Assembly (NCBI GenBank): GCA_964638835.1
Contig: CAZWZB010000014.1
Location: forward strand, 18,258-82,257
Direction of reading: 5' to 3'
Source of the DNA: an uncultured Eubacteriales bacterium
GTDB taxonomy: Bacteria; Bacillota; Clostridia; Lachnospirales; CAZQDT01
DNA: 64,000 nucleotides
Below the pieces are notes generated by a model. That model was not told the DNA's origin. It ran no database searches and saw only the letters and a list, made by a program, of their open reading frames with translations. Shown piece by piece: positions 19,212 to 28,256 of the stretch; within the stretch, counting starts at the first letter, position 1; every line of letters starts with the position of its first letter. Position numbers and translations under genes: made by a program.

Positions 19212-19886
19212 ATGATAACATTCAATGATATATTTAAATCTAATTTTCTTGAAAAAGTAACTTCTTTTTCAATACTTGATATGATAATAGGTCTTTCTTT
19301 AGCTCTATGTATAGGATTATTCATTATGGCAGTTTATAAAAAAACTTTTAAAGGTATTATGTACTCTCATAGTTTTTGTGTTTCATTATTGGCACTTACT
19401 CTTATTACAACTTTAATTATTTTAGCTGTTACATCAAATGTAATACTTTCACTTGGTATGGTTGGTGCATTATCTATTGTTCGTTTTAGAAGTGCAATTA
19501 AAGAACCAATCGACATTGCATTTTTATTCTGGTCAATTAGTGTTGGAATTGTTTTAGGTGCAGGGCTTATACCCCTTGCTATATTTGGTTCTTTATTTAT
19601 TGGTATTATTTTAGTTATATTTATTAACAAACAAACTATTGATAATCCTTACATACTTATTGTTAATTGTGATAATGATGAAAATGAAAAACAAGCTTTT
19701 GACTTTATAACAACAAAAGTTAAAAAATACGTTGTTAAATCAAAAACCGTATCAAGTTCAGGTATAGAAATAACTATTGAAATTAGATTAAAAGATATGA
19801 CAACTCAATTTGTAAACGAAATATGTAAACTAAATGGAGTTAAAAATGCTGTACTTGTAAGTTATAGTGGTGATTATATGTCATAA
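19212..19886 (+). CDS. DUF4956-family membrane protein
   Basis: Multi-TM N-terminal half with LGMVGALSIVRFRSAIKEPIDIAFLFWSI, the hallmark of DUF4956. Start trimmed to the ATG after GGAGG. Confidence 0.75.
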   Translation: MITFNDIFKSNFLEKVTSFSILDMIIGLSLALCIGLFIMAVYKKTFKGIMYSHSFCVSLLALTLITTLIILAVTSNVILSLGMVGALSIVRFRSAIKEPIDIAFLFWSISVGIVLGAGLIPLAIFGSLFIGIILVIFINKQTIDNPYILIVNCDNDENEKQAFDFITTKVKKYVVKSKTVSSSGIEITIEIRLKDMTTQFVNEICKLNGVKNAVLVSYSGDYMS

Positions 19887-19900
19887 AGGAGGAAAATCAT

Positions 19901-21769
19901 TTGCTAAAAGAAAAGTATTTTTCATTCACAACAATAATTGCTATAATAATATCTATAATTTTTACAATAACTGCTATAGCTGTTAATTTAGATAATTCAA
20001 AAATATATAAACAAATGGAATATATAAATAAAATATTTGATAAAAGTAAAGTTATAGAAGTAGATATTATTATAGATGAAATAAATTGGAATTATCTAAT
20101 TGAAAATGCCAAAAAAGAAGAATATGTTCCATGTGATATTGTAATAAATGGTACAAAAATTTCTACAGTAGGTATTCGCCCTAAAGGAAATTCAAGTCTT
20201 TCTATGGTAGCAAATGATAGTACTACTGACCGTTTTAGTTTTAAACTTGATTTTTCACAATATATCAAAGGTCAGAATTTATATGGACTTTCAAAAATTG
20301 CACTTAACAATATGATTGGTGATACTACTTATATGAAAGAATATTTATCTTATGATATGATGATTGAAATGGGTATAAACACTCCAGCTTATTCATTTGC
20401 AAATATTAATTTAAATGGTGAACCATGGGGATTATATCTGGCAGTTGAAACATTAGAAGATAGCTTTTTACAAAGATATTATGGAAATAACTATGGTAAT
20501 TTATATAAACCAGAAAGTATTAATATTGGTGATATGGGTATAAACAAAATGCCTAATAAGGGCAGTTTTCCTAATATAAATGATATACCTAACAGAGATA
20601 ATTCTCCCAATATGAACAACATGCCTGATAGAGATAGTTTTCCTGATATGAACAATATGCCTAATAGAGATAATTTTCCCGATATGAACAATATGCCTAA
20701 TAGAGATAATTTTCCCGATATAAACAATATGCCTAACAAAGATAACTTCCCCAATGAAAAGGGATTTCCTATGGGCGGTTCTTCTGGTACTAATCTTGTT
20801 TATATAGATGACAATTTATCAAGTTATTCAGGTATTTTTGACAATACAATTACAAAACATACAACGGATTCTGATAAAAAGAAAGTTATAGAAATGATTA
20901 AAAATTTGAATAATGGAACTAATTTAGAAAAATATATTGATGTAGATGAAGTACTTAGATACTTTGCCGTTAATACCTTTTTAGTAAATCTTGATAGTTA
21001 TTCAGGTAGCATGAAACATAATTATTATTTGTATGAACAAGATGGAAAATTTCAAATATTACCTTGGGATTATAATTTATCATTTGGAGCGTTTCAAATG
21101 AATGATGCATCTAAAGTTATAAATTTTCCGATTGATACTCCTGTAACGGATAGTATGGAAAGAAGTCCATTAATTTCAAAATTATTAGAAGTAGATGAAT
21201 ATAAAAATCTATACCATCAATATCTTAATAAACTTATAAATAACTATATTATAAATAGTAAATTTGATAACACAATTTCAAATTTAGATAATTTAATTTC
21301 AGAGTATATTAAAAATGATAAAACTGCTTTTTATACTTTTGACGAATATAAATTAAGTATAGAAGAATTAAAGAAATTCGGAAAAGATAGAACAGAAAGT
21401 ATTAAATTGCAATTAAATAGTGAACAACCATCCAAAGAGTATGGGAATTTAGAAACTACTCTTAATTTATCAGCACTTGGAACAATGGGTGATAATAAAA
21501 ATTTTGGAGAACATGAAAACAATCAAAGAAGAGAAATAAAATTTGAAGTAAATGAGAATACTCAAAGAAAAGAAATAAACTTTACAATAAATGAAAAAGA
21601 TATAAATTTTGATAATATTCAAGTATTTAATATAAACAATAATCAAGTACCACAAGAAAACACAAATCCACAACACACAATAAAGCAATTAGGTATTATA
21701 GGGATATATTTAGCTTTTATATTGATTGGTATTTTCTTTGTTGCAAAATTTAAAAGATATAAATATTAA
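19901..21769 (+). CDS. CotH-family atypical kinase-like protein, membrane-anchored at both ends
   Basis: 622 aa with a TTG start after AGGAGG. CotH signatures (NLYKPE, NYYLYEQDGKFQILPWDYNLSFG), an N-terminal TM helix and a C-terminal TM helix. Confidence 0.8.
   Translation: MLKEKYFSFTTIIAIIISIIFTITAIAVNLDNSKIYKQMEYINKIFDKSKVIEVDIIIDEINWNYLIENAKKEEYVPCDIVINGTKISTVGIRPKGNSSLSMVANDSTTDRFSFKLDFSQYIKGQNLYGLSKIALNNMIGDTTYMKEYLSYDMMIEMGINTPAYSFANINLNGEPWGLYLAVETLEDSFLQRYYGNNYGNLYKPESINIGDMGINKMPNKGSFPNINDIPNRDNSPNMNNMPDRDSFPDMNNMPNRDNFPDMNNMPNRDNFPDINNMPNKDNFPNEKGFPMGGSSGTNLVYIDDNLSSYSGIFDNTITKHTTDSDKKKVIEMIKNLNNGTNLEKYIDVDEVLRYFAVNTFLVNLDSYSGSMKHNYYLYEQDGKFQILPWDYNLSFGAFQMNDASKVINFPIDTPVTDSMERSPLISKLLEVDEYKNLYHQYLNKLINNYIINSKFDNTISNLDNLISEYIKNDKTAFYTFDEYKLSIEELKKFGKDRTESIKLQLNSEQPSKEYGNLETTLNLSALGTMGDNKNFGEHENNQRREIKFEVNENTQRKEINFTINEKDINFDNIQVFNINNNQVPQENTNPQHTIKQLGIIGIYLAFILIGIFFVAKFKRYKY
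20542..20757 (+). repeat. In-frame 30-nt tandem repeat, ~7 units, encoding the (N)MPNRDNFPD(M)N decapeptide
   Basis: ...NKMPNKGSFPNINDIPNRDNSPNMNNMPDRDSFPDMNNMPNRDNFPDMNNMPNRDNFPDINNMPNKDNFPNE... The repeat also creates the spurious antisense ORF 20491..20754. Confidence 0.9.
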
Positions 21770-21880
21770 AATTATAAGTATATATTTTTACTTAATACAC
21801 AAGTTAAATAATAAAGTTGTGAGTTAAGTTTACATATGATATAATATTTTAATTAACACATAACTAAAATTTATTAGAAG

Positions 21881-22285
21881 GTGATAATAATTAAAATTTT
21901 TATTTATATAATTTTTATAATGTTTCTAACATCCTGTTCATCTAATTCTAATACTAATAATCAAGTTAAATCAGCATATAAAAAAATTACAGGTGAAGAA
22001 GCTAAAAAAATAATAGATAGTGAAGAAAACTTTATTATTTTAGATGTTCGCACTGAAGCTGAATATAATGAAGGTTATATTGAAGGAGCTATTTTAATTC
22101 CTGATACAGAAATAGAAAACAAAGCTCAAGAAATGTTAACTGATAAAGAAATAAAAATATTAGTTTATTGTAGAAGCGGAATAAGAAGTGAGTTAGCAAG
22201 TAATAAACTTATAGAAATGGGATATAAAAATGTATTTGATTTTGGTGGAATAATTGATTGGAAATATGAAATAATTAAAAATTAA
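21881..22285 (+). CDS. Rhodanese-domain lipoprotein
   Basis: Signal peptide with lipobox LTSC. Rhodanese fold with ILDVRTEAEY and the active-site loop CRSGIRS. Confidence 0.8.
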   Translation: MIIIKIFIYIIFIMFLTSCSSNSNTNNQVKSAYKKITGEEAKKIIDSEENFIILDVRTEAEYNEGYIEGAILIPDTEIENKAQEMLTDKEIKILVYCRSGIRSELASNKLIEMGYKNVFDFGGIIDWKYEIIKN

Positions 22286-22339
22286 AAAATCATAAATAAA
22301 ATAATTAATTAAAAATAGTAAATAACAATAAAATATTGT

Positions 22340-22428
22340 TTTTACTATTTTTTTATTTAAAGTCGTGTCGCACTCATAAATAAGTGCGACACAAGATTAA
22401 TTTTTATTTGTTATTTTAATTATAAATT
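22340..22428 (-). repeat. GCACTC-palindrome element, copy D (family 1)
   Basis: Hairpin 22365-22392, GTGTCGCACTCATAAATAAGTGCGACAC (one mismatch). The flanks match the reverse complement of copy A. Positioned to terminate the rhodanese gene. Confidence 0.8.
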
Positions 22429-22484
22429 TTTTTATATAACTTTTGCATATAAACACTATTAAATATTTTTTTACTTATTACTTA

Positions 22485-22515
22485 TTGACTTTGACACGAC
22501 GTCAACTGTTATAAT
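22485..22515 (+). promoter_or_regulatory. MerR-type promoter with 19-nt spacer and embedded dyad
   Basis: TTGACT (22485-22490), 19 nt (TTGACACGACGTCAACTGT), TATAAT (22510-22515). The spacer contains TTGAC..GTCAA arms and a GACGTC centre. It lies 21 nt upstream of the merR-family start. Confidence 0.6.
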
Positions 22516-22536
22516 TATTATGAAAGGAAGATTTAA

Positions 22537-23508
22537 ATGGAATTAAAAACTATCAGTCAAGTATCTAAAGCTTTTAATGTTTCAACACGAACATTACGTT
22601 ATTATGAACAAATTGGTCTTTTACATTGTCAAAAAAAAGAAGAATATGCTTATCGGACTTATGATGAAGATTCAATAAAACGTCTACAGCAAATAATTAT
22701 TTTGCGTAAACTACGAATACCACTCAAACAAATTAGTGATATTCTAAAAAATGAAGATGTTGTTTTAGCAGTTGAAGTTTTTTATAAAAATATACAAGAA
22801 ATAGATGATGAAATAAATGCTTTATCAACTATAAAATCAGTTCTAAATGCATTTATCAATCAAATAAACAGAAGTATATCTGTAAATGTAAAACTTGATT
22901 TGTTAGGCGATAAATCCATAATTAAGATTATAGAAACTCTTACCATTACAAAAATTAATTTTAAAGGAGGAAAATCAATGGAATCAAATAAAATTATTAG
23001 TAAATTAAGAGATAAGGATGTAAGAATTATTTATTTACCACCTGCAACTATAGCAAGTATTCATTGCTTTGGTGGGCATGGGGCTGCTGAAATTAATAGT
23101 GGAAACTTGTTACACCAATTTATTGAAGAAACAAAGCTTTATAAGATAAAACCTGATTTTAGACATTATGGATTTAATAATCCAAAACCAGATGGAAGTG
23201 ATTGTGGTTATGAACGTTGGGTTACTATACCAGAAGATTTTTATATAAAACCACCATTTGTTAAAAAGCATTTTAGTGGTGGATTATATTGTGCTATTAT
23301 GATACCTATGGGTGAGTTTGATGAGTGGTTTAAGTTATGTGATTGGGCAAAAAATAATGATAAATATGAATTAGATTTTAAAAGCGAAAAAACAGAAACA
23401 GAATGTTTGGAAGAACACCTTAATTATATAAATAAATTTATGGGTACTCCAAATGATGATACACTTCAATTAGATTTACTTTTACCAATAAAGCCAAAAA
23501 ATAATTAA
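22537..23508 (+). CDS. MerR-family transcriptional regulator with C-terminal effector-binding (GyrI-like) domain
   Basis: N-terminal HTH ISQVSKAFNVSTRTLRYYEQIGLL, a coiled-coil linker and a ~170-aa C-terminal ligand-binding-type domain. Confidence 0.8.
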   Translation: MELKTISQVSKAFNVSTRTLRYYEQIGLLHCQKKEEYAYRTYDEDSIKRLQQIIILRKLRIPLKQISDILKNEDVVLAVEVFYKNIQEIDDEINALSTIKSVLNAFINQINRSISVNVKLDLLGDKSIIKIIETLTITKINFKGGKSMESNKIISKLRDKDVRIIYLPPATIASIHCFGGHGAAEINSGNLLHQFIEETKLYKIKPDFRHYGFNNPKPDGSDCGYERWVTIPEDFYIKPPFVKKHFSGGLYCAIMIPMGEFDEWFKLCDWAKNNDKYELDFKSEKTETECLEEHLNYINKFMGTPNDDTLQLDLLLPIKPKNN

Positions 23509-23520
23509 ACTTAATTTTAT

Positions 23521-23550
23521 AAAAGGTCACATTATCTATGTGACTTTTTT
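23521..23550 (+). terminator. Intrinsic terminator after the merR-family gene
   Basis: AAAAGGTCACAT / ATGTGACTTTT stem plus a T-run. Confidence 0.7.
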
Positions 23551-23844
23551 ATATTTTAATATATATAAATTTATAATATAAATAATTAATACATAAATGG
23601 AATGTTTATTTTATTGCAGTTGATAAACTAATTTAAATATGATATAATTACAAAGTTTAGATAAAGTTATATTATTAAACTTTATAAATATTGTACATAG
23701 TATATCAATTATTATCAAATTAGATGTTATCTTTGGTAATTTAATAAAATTACAACATAAGAAATTAGACTTAGTTTCCATTGTGAATATTATAACATCT
23801 GTTAAGTGAGCTTATATTTATTTAAAGAAATGAGACGTTTAAAT

Positions 23845-24311
23845 ATGGAAAAATATGATTTTCAAATTAATACAACCCATGGTAATTTTTTATACAGAGT
23901 AGCTGCACTTATAATCAATAATAACAAATTGTTAGTAGCAAAACATATAAACCATTCTTGTTACTATACTATTGGTGGTCGTGTAAACTAAATGAAACAT
24001 CAATAGAAGCTGTAGTTCGTGAAACATTTGAAGAAACAGGTTTTAATTTTGAAATTAATAAATTAGTATTTATTCAAGAGCGTTTTCTTAAGTATAATGG
24101 TAAGAATCATCATGAAATCGTATTTTTTTATTTAATGAAATATAATAATATAAATATTATAGATGGTACATATACTGATCAAGGTGAAAAAGAAACTTTA
24201 CATTGGTTATCTATTGATGAATTAAAACAAATAAATATTGTACCTGATTTTTTAAAAAACAACTTATCAAATATAAGTGAAAATATTATTCACATCATAT
24301 CAAGAGAATAA
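23845..24311 (+). pseudogene. NUDIX hydrolase gene disrupted by a 1-nt deletion in an A-run
   Basis: Frame 1 reads ...YYTIGGRVN* and the next frame continues KLNETSIEAVVRETFEETGF. Together they form a NUDIX box (GGx5Ex7REUxEExGU) only if GTAAACTA (23983-23990) was originally GTAAAACTA. Confidence 0.75.
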
Positions 24312-24397
24312 CTTAATTTTTTAAAATACTCTAAATCTTATTTAAAACTAAAAACTTTATGAAATATATAAAGAATATGTTATGGAGGAGTAAATTA

Positions 24398-24919
24398 ATG
24401 AAAACATTTTTTATGCAAACTGAACGTATTGGTTTTGGACTTTGGACAAATTCTGATATAGAATTAGCAAAACAATTATGGAAAAATTCAGATGTAAGGC
24501 AATTTATTTGTGCTAACGGAAAGTTTTCAGAAGATGATATTCAAAGTCGTTTAAATACTGAAATAAATAATGGTTATAAATTTAATGTACAGTATTGGCC
24601 TATATTTAAATTAGAAACTGGTGACTTAATTGGTTGTTGAGGACTTCGTCCATTTATGTTAGAACAAAATACATATGAAATGGGGTTTCATCTTCGCAAA
24701 AAATATTGGAATCAAGGATATGCTTTTGAATCTGCAAAAGCAGTAATAGATTATTGCTTTACAAGACTTAATGCAGATAAAATTTTTGCTGGTCACCACC
24801 CTGAGAATATTAATTCTCAAAAACTTTTAAACCGACTAGGGTTTAACTATATAGAGAATAATTTTTATGAGCCAACAAAACTTTACCATCCTTCATATGA
24901 ACTTGTAAACCATAGATAA
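24398..24919 (+). pseudogene. GNAT-family N-acetyltransferase with an in-frame TGA
   Basis: A single reading frame of 174 codons is interrupted at 24638-24640 (..GDLIGC*GLRPF..). The downstream part carries the GNAT core HLRKKYWNQGYAFESAKAVIDY. Confidence 0.7.
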
Positions 24920-25011
24920 TAAATATATGTTAGTATAAAAAATCACAATATCAATGTGATTTTTTTCATAACTTTAAAAATTATGAATTTTAATAGAAAG
25001 GAAAGTTATTA

Positions 25012-25617
25012 ATGAAATTTTCAAATATAAAAAGCTTTATAAGTGGATTAGTTGTGGGAGCTGTTGGCATAACTTCTGTTTTTGCTAGTGGAGTTATACA
25101 ATCAGCTACATACAACAATTATAATATAACATTAAATGGTAATACTTTAAATATTACTAATCCGTTAGTTTCTATTGTAAAACAAGGTGAAACTACTGCT
25201 CAAACATATATGCCAGTTAGAGAAATTTTACAAATATTAGGTTATTCTGTTCAATGGTATGAAAATAGCAAAACAATAGATATAATAACACCTGCTATTA
25301 ATAGTTACAATATTAATTCTGATATAAAAAATGTAGTAATAAACTTAAAAAATCAAAATACTTTCAATATGAGTGAGTCTGGAAATTTTTATGCTAAGGA
25401 TGGTGATAAATTAAAATTGCAAATTAAAGCAGAGCTAATAAATGGGAGTGTAGATTTTATATTATTTGACCCAAATGGAGTACAAAGAAAAACTATTACT
25501 ATAGATAAAATGGACGAAGAAATAATTATAGAATTATCAAAAGGACAATGGGCATATAATTGTTCAGGGATGTTTAGAGGAGGAGGAAATTTAATATTAA
25601 TAGGTACATTAGAATAA
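25012..25617 (+). CDS. Secreted protein with copper-amine-oxidase N-terminal-like (stalk) domain
   Basis: Signal peptide, then YMPVREILQILGYSVQWYENSKTIDI, typical of the Cu_amine_oxidN1-type domain common in clostridial surface proteins. Confidence 0.5.
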   Translation: MKFSNIKSFISGLVVGAVGITSVFASGVIQSATYNNYNITLNGNTLNITNPLVSIVKQGETTAQTYMPVREILQILGYSVQWYENSKTIDIITPAINSYNINSDIKNVVINLKNQNTFNMSESGNFYAKDGDKLKLQIKAELINGSVDFILFDPNGVQRKTITIDKMDEEIIIELSKGQWAYNCSGMFRGGGNLILIGTLE

Positions 25618-25645
25618 ATAAAAGGACTTTTTAAGAGAGGTAATT

Positions 25646-26206
25646 ATGGATATAATATCAATTTTTTTTGTTGCTATAGGACTTTCAATGGATGCTTTTG
25701 CTGTAGCTATAAGTAATGGAATAGTATTAAAAGAAGTAACTTTTAAAGAAATGTTTAAAATAGGATTATTTTTTGGAATATTTCAAGGTGTTATGCCTGT
25801 TATTGGTTGGTTTTGTGGTAAAACATTTAGTAATTATATTGTTAATATTGACCATTTTGTAGCTTTTGGTGTATTAGCATTTATAGGTGGTAGTATGATA
25901 CGTGAAGCTTTAAAAGGTGAAGATAATGAAGAAGTAAAAGAACCTAATAGTTTAAAAGTTATCTTACTTATGTCAGTTGCTACAAGTATTGATGCATTAG
26001 CCGTTGGTGTTAGCTTTGCTATGATAAATACAAATATATTAATTCCTGCAATAATGATAGGAGTTATTACTTTTATAATATCTTCTATTGGAGTATTCAT
26101 TGGTAAAAAAGCAGGTGACCTATTTAAAAAGAAAGCAGAAATAATAGGTGGAATTATATTAATTTTAATAGGATTAAAAATATTAATAGAACATTTATTT
26201 TTTTAG
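25646..26206 (+). CDS. mntP: Manganese efflux pump MntP
   Basis: 186 aa, six TM helices, duplicated GLSMDAFAVAIS / TSIDALAVGVSF motifs. Confidence 0.85.
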   Translation: MDIISIFFVAIGLSMDAFAVAISNGIVLKEVTFKEMFKIGLFFGIFQGVMPVIGWFCGKTFSNYIVNIDHFVAFGVLAFIGGSMIREALKGEDNEEVKEPNSLKVILLMSVATSIDALAVGVSFAMINTNILIPAIMIGVITFIISSIGVFIGKKAGDLFKKKAEIIGGIILILIGLKILIEHLFF

Positions 26207-26271
26207 GTAAATATACAATTTTTATAATCAATGAAATTATCTTCAACCATATTCATTATAAATTAAAACAA

Positions 26272-26311
26272 AACCTCTAATTTCTTACCTTAATTTAAGA
26301 AATTAGAGGTT
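26272..26311. terminator. Bidirectional terminator between mntP and the deacetylase gene
   Basis: 16-bp stem AACCTCTAATTTCTTA / TAAGAAATTAGAGGTT between convergent genes. Confidence 0.7.
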
Positions 26312-26320
26312 AATTAATAA

Positions 26321-27607
26321 TTACTGTTTTTTATATGCATATCTTAATATTTCTCCAGCATTTGGTTCATATTCTCTATATTTTAAAAGTTCATTTACAG
26401 TTACAAACCTAAAATTTCTTTCACTTAATACATCTACAATTTTAAATGCCGCTTCTACAGTACTAGAATATATATCATGTAAAAGTACAATATCTCCGTC
26501 TTTAGCTCTTTCTATAACATGATTTGCTACCATATTAGCATCTTTATATTTCCAATCTTGAGGGTCAATATTCCATAAAATAATAGGAACATCTGAAACA
26601 CTTTTAACAATATCATTAAAATTACCATATGGTGGTCTAAAGAATGTTGCATTCATTCCTAATATAGAATTCAATAACTCATTTGGAGTATCATGTTGTA
26701 CTTTAGCCATATTATTATCTAATTTAACCATATTTTTATGTTCAAGAGAGTGATTACCTATATCATGCCCTTCTTCATAAATTCTTTTAACAATATCAGG
26801 ATATCTTTTTATATTACTTCCTAACATAAAAAAAGTAGCTTTTACATCTCTTTCTGCTAAACCATCTAGTAAATATGGCGTAGTAAATATACTTGGACCA
26901 TCATCAAAAGTTATAGCAATTAATTTTTCATCTTCACCTATTATCAACTCTTCCTCGTTAGTATACATCAATTTATTTTTTATTGATTTCAAAGGAATTT
27001 GAAAAGAATTTATATTATCATATATTATTAAATTAGTTTCATCTATAGCAAACCTTGAAAAATCATTGTTTTTTAAGTCTGGGATTTTATTATTGAGTAA
27101 TTCTAAATAATTTATATTAGGCTTAAAAATTTCACTAATTGAAACATTTTGGCCATCATTAAGATTAAAAACTAAAGGTTCTACGCTTATTATTGTATTT
27201 GTAGTTAAATTCTGTATATTAAATTTAAAACTAGTCAATATATCACAATATTCACTAATTTCATAATTTATGTTTAAATCGTATTTAGATTCATTAAAGA
27301 TATAGTCATTTATGGTTTGATAAATCATTTCTTCTATTAAAATATTTAATTGTGAATATTCAGTGCAAGGATAAGTAGCAGAAATTTTATAACCATCTAA
27401 TTCTTTAGTTATTTGACTTTCTGTTAAATAATCAAATTCTGTAGGTCTATTTACAACGTCAAATATACGAATATTTTTAGGTTTTTGCTCATTTTCATCA
27501 ATAGTATTCATTGCTGCTTTTGCCTGTTCTGAATTTAAAGGAGAATTACAAGAGCTTAATAAAAATATTAAAAAAATAGAATTTATTACTAGTAGGAGTT
27601 TTTTCAT
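26321..27607 (-). CDS. Polysaccharide deacetylase (NodB-domain) lipoprotein
   Basis: Lipobox LSSC. The C-terminal NodB domain has ITFDDGPS and HDIGNHSLEH. Start trimmed to the ATG after GAGGT. Confidence 0.8.
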   Translation of the reverse strand: MKKLLLVINSIFLIFLLSSCNSPLNSEQAKAAMNTIDENEQKPKNIRIFDVVNRPTEFDYLTESQITKELDGYKISATYPCTEYSQLNILIEEMIYQTINDYIFNESKYDLNINYEISEYCDILTSFKFNIQNLTTNTIISVEPLVFNLNDGQNVSISEIFKPNINYLELLNNKIPDLKNNDFSRFAIDETNLIIYDNINSFQIPLKSIKNKLMYTNEEELIIGEDEKLIAITFDDGPSIFTTPYLLDGLAERDVKATFFMLGSNIKRYPDIVKRIYEEGHDIGNHSLEHKNMVKLDNNMAKVQHDTPNELLNSILGMNATFFRPPYGNFNDIVKSVSDVPIILWNIDPQDWKYKDANMVANHVIERAKDGDIVLLHDIYSSTVEAAFKIVDVLSERNFRFVTVNELLKYREYEPNAGEILRYAYKKQ

Positions 27608-27965
27608 TTTAGGATACCTCATATAATTTTATTAATTAAATTGTATTATATCATAACGAATAATAAATGTAAAAGGTTTTTATCACATTTTTTGATATTA
27701 TGTTTTAAATTGTTTTATTCGTTATTAAGTAATCTTAATTCTATAATACAATGAATTAAAATTAATTAAAATTAGTATATTCCATATATAGATATATTAT
27801 TAAAGATATAAATATTAAAATTACTTTACAATTCAAACAATAAAATAGTTTATTAAATATAATTATTTAAATAATCTAATTGGAATTTATTTTGTAAATT
27901 AATTTAAAGATTTGTGGCATAATAATAATGAAATATTTTTATTATTTCGCAAAGGAGGTTTTATT

Positions 27966-28193
27966 ATGAGACTTAGAGCATTTGACTATTTTGCACTTAC
28001 CTTAATTATAATAGGTGCCATAAATTGGGGCTTAATAGGATTCTTCCAATTTGACCTTGTAGCAGCTTTATTTGGTGGTATGGGAAGTTGGATTAGTAGA
28101 ATAGTTTACGCCTTAGTTGGTATATCTGGTTTATATAGTCTTAGTCTTTATGGTAGACTTGGTGAAGATTATGTTCCAAAAAGAATTGATTAA
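27966..28193 (+). CDS. DUF378-family small membrane protein
   Basis: MRLRAFDYFALTLIIIGAINWGLIGFFQFDLVAALFGG is the typical DUF378 signature. Start after AAAGGAGG. Confidence 0.8.
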   Translation: MRLRAFDYFALTLIIIGAINWGLIGFFQFDLVAALFGGMGSWISRIVYALVGISGLYSLSLYGRLGEDYVPKRID

Positions 28194-28204
28194 TATATAA
28201 AATA

Positions 28205-28250
28205 AAGGTGTAAAATTATTATTTTGTAATAAATAATAATTTTACACCTT
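28205..28250. terminator. Bidirectional terminator
   Basis: 19-bp perfect stem AAGGTGTAAAATTATTATT / AATAATAATTTTACACCTT between convergent genes. Confidence 0.7.
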
Positions 28251-28256
28251 ATTAAA

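Noticed and set aside
6281-22392. Possibility that the repeated hairpins form a CRISPR array.
   Set aside because: The copies are kilobases apart, in both orientations, separated by genes, and have no regular spacer structure or cas genes.
24638-24640. In-frame TGA in the GNAT gene as evidence for selenocysteine or an alternative genetic code.
   Set aside because: Every other gene in the window reads through cleanly with the standard code. No SECIS-like hairpin follows the codon. GNATs are not selenoproteins. The codon is one substitution away from Cys or Trp, so a nonsense mutation or sequencing error is the simpler explanation.
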